From contig OZ253462.1 in the NCBI GenBank assembly GCA_965261395.1, forward strand, positions 4,032,001 to 4,096,000: a DNA stretch of 64,000 bases. Direction: 5' to 3'. The notes beneath the pieces were generated by a model. The model saw only the letters and a program-made list of their open reading frames with translations, made no database searches and was not told the DNA's origin. A program made the translations under genes and the position numbers. How positions within the stretch are numbered: the stretch's first letter is position 1; each line of letters begins with the position of its first letter. The DNA comes from Candidatus Latescibacterota bacterium (lineage in GTDB: Bacteria > Latescibacterota > UBA2968 > UBA8231). Shown piece after piece: positions 56,331-64,000 of the stretch.

Positions 56331-57263
56331 GTGACTGGCCTATCGGTCGTCGAACAGATTGGCGACACGCCGCTTTTGCGGCTGAGAGACCCGGCGATTC
56401 CGCCACGGGTGGAAGTCTATGCTAAGCTGGAGTTCTTCAACCCCGGGGGGTCGGTCAAGGACCGGCCGGCGCGGAGGATGATTGAGGACGGCGAGCAGGA
56501 CGGATCACTAAGGCCGGGCAAGATTATTTTGGATTCCACTTCTGGAAATACCGGCATTGCCTACGCGATGATTGGTGCGGCCAAGGGCTATCGGGTAAAA
56601 TTGGCCATGCCGGCGAATGTCAGTCGCGAGCGCAAGGCCATCCTCGCCGCCTATGGTGCCGAAGTGGTGTACACCGACCCGGGAGAGCTTTCCGACGGGG
56701 CCATACGGGAAGCACGGCGGATATACGAAGCCGATCCTGATCGCTACTTCAAGCCCGACCAATACAACAATCCCGCGAATTGGCATGCCCATCGCGACAC
56801 CACCGCACCCGAAATATGGGAGCAGACCCAAGGCCTCGTCACTCATTTTGTCGCCACCATAGGAACTAGTGGTACGCTGATGGGCACCGGCCGAGGTCTT
56901 AGAGAGTTCAATCCGGCCATCCGGATCATTGCCGCTGAGCCGGCTGAGCCGTTTCACGGCATTGAGGGGCTTAAACACATGGAGAGTTCAATTGTTCCAG
57001 GTATCTACGATGAGGCCCTCCTCGACTACAAAATACCCATAGATACCGATGATGCTTACGATACTGCACTGCGTCTGCCGGTCGAGCAGGGGATTCTCGT
57101 CGGCCAGTCTGCAGGCGGGGCCTATTGGGCCGCGCTGGAAGTTGCCCGCCAGCTAGATACGGGGATGGTGGTGACGATATTTTGCGATGGCGGCGATAAA
57201 TACATGAGTACGCCTATGTGGCGGCTAGCTCTCGATGACATCACTAAGGGAAAGGATGGCTGA
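56331..57263 (+). CDS. cysM: PLP-dependent cysteine synthase family protein (CysM-like)
   Basis: IGDTPL, NPGGSVKDR, TSGNTG, GTSGT and IEGLK; upstream of the JAB and sulfur-carrier genes. Confidence 0.88.
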   Translation: MTGLSVVEQIGDTPLLRLRDPAIPPRVEVYAKLEFFNPGGSVKDRPARRMIEDGEQDGSLRPGKIILDSTSGNTGIAYAMIGAAKGYRVKLAMPANVSRERKAILAAYGAEVVYTDPGELSDGAIREARRIYEADPDRYFKPDQYNNPANWHAHRDTTAPEIWEQTQGLVTHFVATIGTSGTLMGTGRGLREFNPAIRIIAAEPAEPFHGIEGLKHMESSIVPGIYDEALLDYKIPIDTDDAYDTALRLPVEQGILVGQSAGGAYWAALEVARQLDTGMVVTIFCDGGDKYMSTPMWRLALDDITKGKDG

Positions 57264-57758
57264 ATGCTGCGCATTGCCCTCAGGGACTTTGAACGGATTT
57301 GCACCCAAGCCTTGGAGGAGTACCCACACGAGTGTTGCGGTCTGTTGGTCGAGAAGGCTCTGGACGGGGTGTCCGCTGCCCATGCCTGTACTAATGTACA
57401 GCAGCAGAGGCACGAAGAAGCCCCCAAGCACTATCCCCGTGATGCAAGCACGGCTTATCTGATCGACGCAGGTGAGCAGCTACGCATCGTGGAGGCGGCT
57501 GAAAAGGCCGATGGCCGGATCTCGGGTTGCTATCATTCCCACATTGATTGTGCGGCCTATTTCTCGGCCGAAGACGAGAGGCGCACTTGGATATTCAACA
57601 GCCGAGAGGCGGGCGACGACCCAGACGACCCGGACGCGATGTATCTGGTGCTCTCTGTATGCGGCGAGGAGGCGGGTAGCCAGCGGAAAGTACAAGGCTA
57701 CAAGTGCTTTGCTTGGGACGGCAGTCGCTACGCCGAAACGGGTGTTGAAATAGTTTAG
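57264..57758 (+). CDS. mec: Mec-like JAB/MPN (M67) peptidase
   Basis: YPHECCGLL and YHSH-x7-SAED JAMM motif. Confidence 0.88.
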   Translation: MLRIALRDFERICTQALEEYPHECCGLLVEKALDGVSAAHACTNVQQQRHEEAPKHYPRDASTAYLIDAGEQLRIVEAAEKADGRISGCYHSHIDCAAYFSAEDERRTWIFNSREAGDDPDDPDAMYLVLSVCGEEAGSQRKVQGYKCFAWDGSRYAETGVEIV

Positions 57759-57838
57759 TAAAGCCGCTCCCTAAAAACCGATAAAATGCGGGCGGCAGGC
57801 AGCAAATATTTAACTACATTAACCAAATGGAGGATGAA

Positions 57839-58117
57839 ATGCCGATTACTGTTCACATTCCCACGCCGTTGCGGAAATTGACCCACAATCAGGCTGAAGT
57901 CGCGCTAGAGGCGGCGACTATTAGCCAGTTGGTAGATGGGCTCGAAGGCACCTACGAGGGCTTGGCCGAGAAACTGCTCGACGAGGGCGGCGAGATCCGC
58001 CGCTACGTCAATATCTTCGTCAACGACGAGGATATTCGCTTCCTCGATGGCAAGGACACGCCCCTCAACGACGGCGACAGCGTCTCCATTGTCCCGGCCA
58101 TTGCCGGCGGCAATTGA
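57839..58117 (+). CDS. cysO: MoaD/ThiS-family sulfur carrier (CysO-like)
   Basis: IPTPLR, VNIFVNDEDIRFL and IVPAIAGG-N; GGAGG RBS. Confidence 0.9.
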   Translation: MPITVHIPTPLRKLTHNQAEVALEAATISQLVDGLEGTYEGLAEKLLDEGGEIRRYVNIFVNDEDIRFLDGKDTPLNDGDSVSIVPAIAGGN

Positions 58118-58157
58118 GGCCCACCGTACAGGCGGCTGACGTTAGGTTTGGTACAGG

Positions 58158-59078
58158 ATGAGACGCGCCCAGAATGTGCTGGAGCTAATCGGGGCTACGC
58201 CTATGGTACGCCTCAGCCGAGTCGTCGGGGAGGATGCTGCCGAGGTGTGGGGCAAGTTGGAGGCGACCAATCCCGGCGGCAGTGTCAAGGACCGCATCGC
58301 TTTGGCTATGATCGAAGCTGCCGAAGAGCAGGGACTGCTGGCCAAGGGAGGCACGATCATTGAGCCGACTAGCGGTAATACCGGTATTGGCTTGGCCATG
58401 GTGGCTGCCTACAAAGGCTACAAGCTCATTGTCACCATGTTCGATACGGCCAGCCGCGAGCGCCGCTTACAGATGCAGGCTTACGGTGCCGAGGTCGTGC
58501 TGACGCCAGCGGCCGAGGGCATGCGAGGTGCGATCAATAAAGCGATTGAACTCAAGCGCAAGCATCCAGATTACTTTTTGCCACAGCAGTTTATGAACGC
58601 AGCGAACCCTGAGATACACCGCCGTACGACCGGTCGTGAGATCTTGGAGCAGCTAGATGGCCGAATCGATGCCTTTGTGGCTGGTGTGGGTACTGGAGGG
58701 TCCTTGACCGGAGTTGGCGAGGTGCTCAAGGAGGCTCTGTCGTCCACAGTGCGGGTCATCGCCGTCGAGCCTGCCGGGTCGCCCGTGCTTTCAGGCGGGG
58801 GGGCTGGGTTCAGTTATATAGAAGGCATCGGTGCGGGTTTTGTGCCGCCGATCCTCAACCTCGAGGTTGTCGACGAGGTGCGGGTCATTGCCGACGACGA
58901 GGCTTATGAAATGGCTCGCCGCTTGGCACGAGAGGAAGGGCTTTTGGTCGGGATCTCAGCCGGAGCCAATGCCTATATCGCCGCCCAAGTCGCTCGTGAG
59001 TTGGGCTCGAGCGCTCGAGTCGCGACGATCCTCTGCGACAGTGGATTGCGCTATCTGAGCACTCGAGCCTTTGAATGA
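58158..59078 (+). CDS. cysK: Cysteine synthase A
   Basis: NPGGSVKDRIA, EPTSGNTG, QQF.N.ANP.IH, GVGTGGS and EGIGAGFVP. Confidence 0.9.
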   Translation: MRRAQNVLELIGATPMVRLSRVVGEDAAEVWGKLEATNPGGSVKDRIALAMIEAAEEQGLLAKGGTIIEPTSGNTGIGLAMVAAYKGYKLIVTMFDTASRERRLQMQAYGAEVVLTPAAEGMRGAINKAIELKRKHPDYFLPQQFMNAANPEIHRRTTGREILEQLDGRIDAFVAGVGTGGSLTGVGEVLKEALSSTVRVIAVEPAGSPVLSGGGAGFSYIEGIGAGFVPPILNLEVVDEVRVIADDEAYEMARRLAREEGLLVGISAGANAYIAAQVARELGSSARVATILCDSGLRYLSTRAFE

Positions 59079-59087
59079 GGGGAAATA

Positions 59088-59342
59088 CTAGGCCATCACC
59101 TGCACGAGATGACTCAACCGCGACTTGTAGCGGGCGGCGGAATTTTTGTGGATAATGCCTTTGTTGGCGGTCCTGTCGACAATCGAGATCGCCGCTTGCA
59201 GAGCGGTTTCGGCTGAGGCTTTATCCGGAGCTTGACGGACTTTTTTAAGGGCCGTGCGCAACCGCGAGCGGAGCGCGCGGTTGCGCACATAGGCTTTGGC
59301 GCTAGTGGCTTGGTGCTTTTTGGCAGACTTGAGTTTGGGCAA
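59088..59342 (-). CDS. rpsT: 30S ribosomal protein S20
   Basis: KSAKK...RN...RSRLRTALKK...KGIIHKNSAARYKSRL. Confidence 0.97.
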   Translation of the reverse strand: MPKLKSAKKHQATSAKAYVRNRALRSRLRTALKKVRQAPDKASAETALQAAISIVDRTANKGIIHKNSAARYKSRLSHLVQVMA

Positions 59343-59534
59343 TTTTGCGCTCCTTTAATAAAGCTGTTAAATATATAGGAAGTGGGGAGAGGGGGCAAGA
59401 CAGGGTTTCTGAGGTCTCTTTAGCTCGGCTTTCATTCGAGCCTCGTTCAAAAAGTCGAGAAGACCGGTAAAAGAGGCGAGTGATGAGATTAGAACAGACT
59501 GGAATCCCGTATAGAATTAGCTCTGCGGTCTATC

Positions 59535-60014
59535 ATGTCTTCTAGTCAGATGGGGTTTAATTTTGGCGATCGGTGCTCTGATCGGTGCTCTGCTGGCAGC
59601 AATGAGCAAATCGCTACGCATTGTTCATATTGTCGGCTAGAGATTGAGGTGCCGGCTTGGTATGCGGGTCAGGCGCAGTTGCATTTTTGTGATGCATCTT
59701 GCCGCCGGGCTTGGACAGAGGCCATGCCCTCGTTAGAGGCTTGCTTGGGGGCGACTTCCAAGCGGCGGGGGGCCAATTGGGCGCTCCAAGCATTAAAGGC
59801 GCGGACGCGCGACGGCTTCATCTGCCAAGTATGTGGGATCAGCGAAGAGGAACTGGGACGCCAACTCGACGTCCATCACAAGATTCCCTATCGCAGTTTC
59901 TCTTCCAATGTAGAGGCCAATAAGCTGGAACATCTGATTTCGGTTTGCCCCTCTTGCCACTCCAAATTGGAGGCCGAGTTGCGCCAGGATCTTCCTCTTT
60001 TTGCAAGATATTGA
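59535..60014 (+). CDS. HNH endonuclease with N-terminal Cys-rich finger
   Basis: CSYC...FCDASC; RDGFICQVCG...LDVHHKIP...N...L..VCPSCH. Confidence 0.85.
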   Translation: MSSSQMGFNFGDRCSDRCSAGSNEQIATHCSYCRLEIEVPAWYAGQAQLHFCDASCRRAWTEAMPSLEACLGATSKRRGANWALQALKARTRDGFICQVCGISEEELGRQLDVHHKIPYRSFSSNVEANKLEHLISVCPSCHSKLEAELRQDLPLFARY

Positions 60015-60292
60015 CCTTATCTACGTGCTAGGTGCTGATAGGCCATATAGTTTGGAAACTACCTCTTGCATCTTGGATATTAGATGCGTATTTTGTATTG
60101 AGTACGTAAATGATCTCAGGCTTCTCTACACGCTCTGCGGTTAAGCTGTTGTAAGGGTCGCTAAGGGAGAGGAACCATGAGTGCGGTGGTGATAGAGGCG
60201 GTTGCGGCCTTAGAGCGGCGAGGCGGCGGTCTAGCGCACAGCGTTGCGCTACCTTAAACTTAAAACTTAAATCTCTCATTGGAGGGTCAATT

Positions 60293-63200
60293 ATGAGCGG
60301 GTGTGCAGTTAGTAACAGACTTAGTAACAGACTTGTTTTGAATAGATCGCTGTTCTGCCTGAGTATGCTCTTCCTGGCGGCTACCTTGGCGTTGGTCCCG
60401 GTGGCTAAAGCCCAGGATACACCGAGCTTTGACGGTGTGACGGTTGCCGATCAGATGTTCTCGGCCGGGGTGGCGATAGAGGCTCTGGAGTTGCCTGCGG
60501 CTACAGGTGGCAGCGGCGATTTGACGTATGATTTAAGGCCTGTGCCGCCGGGATTGGCATTCGATGCCGGGTCGCGGACGCTTTCGGGCACGCCTTCGGA
60601 CGTTGTCATCTTCCCGGAAAAGGTCTTTTTCTTGATGACCTACGAAGTGACGGATGACGATGGTGCTACGGCCATCTTGACATTCAATATTTCAGTAGAA
60701 GAGGAGGATGTAGCTCCGAGCTTTGACGGTGTGACGGTTGCCGATCAGATGTTCTCGGCCGGGGTGGCGATAGAGGCTCTGGAGTTGCCTGCGGCTTCGA
60801 GTGGTAACGGCGATTTGACGTATGATTTAAGGCCTGTGCCGCCGGGATTGGCATTCGATGCCGCGTCTCGGACGCTTTCGGGCACGCCTTCGGAAGTGGC
60901 TATTTCCTTGATGACTTACGAGGTGACGGATGCCGACGGCGATACGGCCACGTTGACATTCGAGATAGAAGTCGATACGATGCCGAGCTTTGACGGGGCG
61001 ACGGTTGCCGATCAATCGTACCGGACAGGCGAGGAAATAGGAGTTCTGGGATTACCTGTCGCTTCGAGTGGCGACGGCCCGCTGGTGTATAGCTTGTCGC
61101 CGGAGGTTCCAGGTCTGACGTTCGATGCTGGGTCGCGGACGTTTTCGGGCACGCCGACCGTAGCCGGGACGTATGAACTGACCTACCGGGTAGAAGATTC
61201 CGATACCAATGTGGAGGAGAGCGACGCGGAGGAATTGACCTTTACGGTCTATGTAGAGCTGACCTTCGCGGCGGTCGCTGCGCGTCAAACAACCTTTACT
61301 GCAGGCGAAGAGATAAAACAGCCTTGGGAGTTGCCAATAGGTCGGTCCACCGACGCTCTGACGTATAGCTTAGATGGGGAGTTGCCTCCGGGTCTGGTGT
61401 TTGATGCCGAGGCTCGGACGATTTCGGGTATGCCTCCGGCTGATGTGTTGTATGCCGAGGGCTATCCGTTCACGTATCGGGCGGTGGATTCCGATGGCGA
61501 TTCGGCTGAGTTGACCTTCACGATAGTGGTGCATGGTATGCCCAGCTTCGGCGCTCAGGTCGTAGCAGACCAGCTGTACACGGCGGGCAATGAGGTGAGC
61601 TTAGGTCTGCCAGAGGCAGCAGGTGGGAATGTAGCGTTGACGTATACCTTGGAGGGGGAGTTGCCTGCGGGTCTATCGTTTGATGGCGTGGCTCGGACGA
61701 TTTCAGGTGCGCCGCCGACGGATGTGACGTATGCCGAGGGCTATGCGTTGACGTATCGGGTGGCGGATGTCGATGGCGATGCTGTGACGTTGCGTTTCGC
61801 GATTCGGGTGAATGGTATACCCAGCTTCGTCCGGGAGGAGGAAGATCAGCTGTACACGGCGGGCGAGGCGGTGAGCTTAGAGTTGCCGGAGGCGGTCGGT
61901 GGGAATGTGGCGAGGACGTATCGCTTGGATGGGGAGTTGCCTGCGGGTCTGTCGTTTGATCCGGCGACTCGGACGATTTCGGGTACGCCGCCGGCGGATG
62001 CGTGGTATGCTTTTGAAGGGTATGCGTTGACGTATCGGGTGGCGGATGTCGATGGCGAAGAGCCGGCCCCGTTGGTGTTCACGATTCGGGTGGATGGTAT
62101 GCCCCGCTTCGACGAAACCGTGTCGAGTCAAATCACCTTTGCCGAAGGCCAGACGATAGATCCTTGGGTGTTGCCTTCGGCTTCGGGTGGCAACGGCCAG
62201 TTGACGTATGAGTTGGTCGGGGAGTTGCCGGAGGGTCTGACCTATGATGGCGCGACTCGGACGATTTCGGGTACGCTGTCGGCGGATGCGATGTATGCTG
62301 CTGAGAGCGATGGGTATGCGTTGAGGTATCAGGTGACGGATCAGGATGGCGATGCTCCCGACGCCTTGGAATTCACGATAGTGATACATGGTATGCCCAG
62401 CTTCGGCGCTCAGGTCGTAGCAGACCAAAGCTACGAAGCAGGCGGTGAGGAGACCTTAGCCTTGCCGGAGGCAGCAGGTGGGAATGGCGCGTTGACGTAT
62501 ACCTTGGAAGGGGAGTTGCCTGCGGGTCTGTCGTTTGATGGCGCGGCTCGGACGATTTCAGGTGCGCCGCCGACGGATGCGACGTATGCTGAGTCCTATG
62601 CGTTGACGTATCGGGTGGCGGATGTCGATGGCGATGCTGTGACGTTGCGTTTCGCGATTCGGGTGAATGGTATACCCAGCTTCGTCCGGGAGGAGGAAGA
62701 CCAGCTGTACACGGCGGGCGAGGCGGTGAGCTTAGAGTTGCCGGAGGCGGTCGGTGGGAATGTGGCGAGGACGTATCGCTTGGATGGGGAGTTGCCTGCG
62801 GGTCTGTCGTTTGATCCGGCGACTCGGACGATTTCGGGTACGCCGCCGGCGGATGCGTGGTATGCTTTTGAAGGGTATGCGTTGACGTATCGGGTGGCGG
62901 ATGTCGATGGCGAAGAGCCGGCCCCGTTGGTGTTCACGATTCGGGTGGATGGTATGCCCCGCTTCGACGAAACCGTGTCGAGTCAAATCACCTTTGCCGA
63001 AGGCCAGACGATAGATCCTTGGGTGTTGCCTTCGGCTTCGGGTGGCAACGGCCAGTTGACGTATGAGTTGGTCGGGGAGTTGCCGGAGGGTCTGACCTAT
63101 GATGGCGCGACTCGGACGATTTCGGGTACGCTGTCGGCGGATGCGATGTATGCTGCTGAGAGCGATGGGTATGCGTTGAGGTATCAGGTGACGGATCAGG

Positions 63201-64000
63201 ATGGCGATGCTCCCGACGCCTTGGAATTCACGATAGTGATACATGGTATGCCCAGCTTCGGCGCTCAGGTCGTAGCAGACCAAAGCTACGAAGCAGGCGG
63301 TGAGGAGACCTTAGCCTTGCCGGAGGCAGCAGGTGGGAATGGCGCGTTGACGTATACCTTGGAGGGGGAGTTGCCTGCGGGTCTATCGTTTGATGGCGTG
63401 GCTCGGACGATTTCAGGTGCGCCGCCGACGGATGTGACGTATGCCGAGGGCTATGCGTTGACGTATCGGGTGGCGGATGTCGATGGCGATGCTGTGACGT
63501 TGCGTTTCGCGATTCGGGTGAATGGTATACCCAGCTTCGTCCGGGAGGAGGAAGATCAGCTGTACACGGCGGGCGAGGCGGTGAGCTTAGAGTTGCCGGA
63601 GGCGGTCGGTGGGAATGTGGCGAGGACGTATCGCTTGGATGGGGAGTTGCCTGCGGGTCTGTCGTTTGATCCGGCGACTCGGACGATTTCGGGTACGCCG
63701 CCGGCGGATGCGTGGTATGCTTTTGAAGGGTATGCGTTGACGTATCGGGTGGCGGATGTCGATGGCGAAGAGCCGGCCCCGTTGGTGTTCACGATTCGGG
63801 TGGATGGTATGCCCCGCTTCGACGAAACCGTGTCGAGTCAAATCACCTTTGCCGAAGGCCAGACGATAGATCCTTGGGTGTTGCCTTCGGCTTCGGGTGG
63901 CAACGGCCAGTTGACGTATGAGTTGGTCGGGGAGTTGCCGGAGGGTCTGACCTATGATGGCGCGACTCGGACGATTTCGGGTACGCTGTCGGCGGATGCG
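60293..64000 (+). CDS. Giant secreted/surface protein with tandem putative Ig (cadherin-like) domains, 3' end outside window
   Basis: Not in the ORF track because it has no stop in the window. GGAGG RBS, ATG 60293, signal peptide ending AKA-Q, then about 13 repeats of roughly 85-100 aa: PSF..V.DQ...LP.A.GG...LTY.L...LP.GL.FD...RTISGTP...TY.V.D.DGD. Confidence 0.92.
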   Translation, partial: MSGCAVSNRLSNRLVLNRSLFCLSMLFLAATLALVPVAKAQDTPSFDGVTVADQMFSAGVAIEALELPAATGGSGDLTYDLRPVPPGLAFDAGSRTLSGTPSDVVIFPEKVFFLMTYEVTDDDGATAILTFNISVEEEDVAPSFDGVTVADQMFSAGVAIEALELPAASSGNGDLTYDLRPVPPGLAFDAASRTLSGTPSEVAISLMTYEVTDADGDTATLTFEIEVDTMPSFDGATVADQSYRTGEEIGVLGLPVASSGDGPLVYSLSPEVPGLTFDAGSRTFSGTPTVAGTYELTYRVEDSDTNVEESDAEELTFTVYVELTFAAVAARQTTFTAGEEIKQPWELPIGRSTDALTYSLDGELPPGLVFDAEARTISGMPPADVLYAEGYPFTYRAVDSDGDSAELTFTIVVHGMPSFGAQVVADQLYTAGNEVSLGLPEAAGGNVALTYTLEGELPAGLSFDGVARTISGAPPTDVTYAEGYALTYRVADVDGDAVTLRFAIRVNGIPSFVREEEDQLYTAGEAVSLELPEAVGGNVARTYRLDGELPAGLSFDPATRTISGTPPADAWYAFEGYALTYRVADVDGEEPAPLVFTIRVDGMPRFDETVSSQITFAEGQTIDPWVLPSASGGNGQLTYELVGELPEGLTYDGATRTISGTLSADAMYAAESDGYALRYQVTDQDGDAPDALEFTIVIHGMPSFGAQVVADQSYEAGGEETLALPEAAGGNGALTYTLEGELPAGLSFDGAARTISGAPPTDATYAESYALTYRVADVDGDAVTLRFAIRVNGIPSFVREEEDQLYTAGEAVSLELPEAVGGNVARTYRLDGELPAGLSFDPATRTISGTPPADAWYAFEGYALTYRVADVDGEEPAPLVFTIRVDGMPRFDETVSSQITFAEGQTIDPWVLPSASGGNGQLTYELVGELPEGLTYDGATRTISGTLSADAMYAAESDGYALRYQVTDQDGDAPDALEFTIVIHGMPSFGAQVVADQSYEAGGEETLALPEAAGGNGALTYTLEGELPAGLSFDGVARTISGAPPTDVTYAEGYALTYRVADVDGDAVTLRFAIRVNGIPSFVREEEDQLYTAGEAVSLELPEAVGGNVARTYRLDGELPAGLSFDPATRTISGTPPADAWYAFEGYALTYRVADVDGEEPAPLVFTIRVDGMPRFDETVSSQITFAEGQTIDPWVLPSASGGNGQLTYELVGELPEGLTYDGATRTISGTLSADA
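61519..64000 (+). repeat. Near-identical 855-bp tandem repeat (three Ig domains per unit), about 2.9 copies visible
   Basis: The same antisense ORF ends recur at 61877, 62732 and 63587; CATGGTATGCCCAGCTTCGGCGCTCAGG recurs every 855 bp. Confidence 0.95.

Noticed and set aside
59535-60014. Homing endonuclease in an intron, or IscB/Cas9-like nuclease
   Set aside because: Free-standing and short, with no RuvC motifs, interrupted host gene or element ends.
60015-60292. Known riboswitch (e.g. c-di-GMP) upstream of the adhesin
   Set aside because: No recognisable aptamer consensus by eye; an Rfam search would be needed to exclude it.
60827-63841. Repeated minus-strand ORFs in the track
   Set aside because: Antisense shadows of the plus-strand Ig-repeat gene.

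Overview
GC-rich chromosomal window from a diderm bacterium (TonB-dependent receptor, Lnt). Most of it is a backbone of small-molecule catabolic genes (enolases, Gfo/Idh/MocA oxidoreductases, amidohydrolases, cupins, SSS transporter) followed by housekeeping genes (lnt, tRNA-fMet, corC, ybeY, pgpH-like, phoH, aspS, cysM-mec-cysO-cysK, rpsT). It ends in a giant repetitive Ig-domain surface protein that runs off the window. Three accessory cassettes without any integrase interrupt the backbone. (1) 4.0-8.95 kb: a CapP/CapH-like regulator pair divergent from an operon of YjzC, a tandem Ubl, a cysteine-free E2 and a JAB-E1 fusion. This is a Bub-type bacterial ubiquitination system whose Ubl ends in -SGDDNS; Uma2 and a DUF4160/DUF2442 pair follow. 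(2) 22.8-29.5 kb: two different cassettes in tandem. One holds an RqlH/RqlI-like RecQ-PRTase plus a DprA protein with a triplicated C-terminal domain; the other holds an Ala/Glu-rich ORF, a HEPN-like ORF and a broken YefM/YoeB pair. They are joined by a ~170-bp scar made of degenerate copies of both flanking core genes. (3) 33.3-35.0 kb: a frameshifted ABC-type ATPase plus a TOPRIM-like partner. All family assignments come from motif recognition by eye; no database searches were run.
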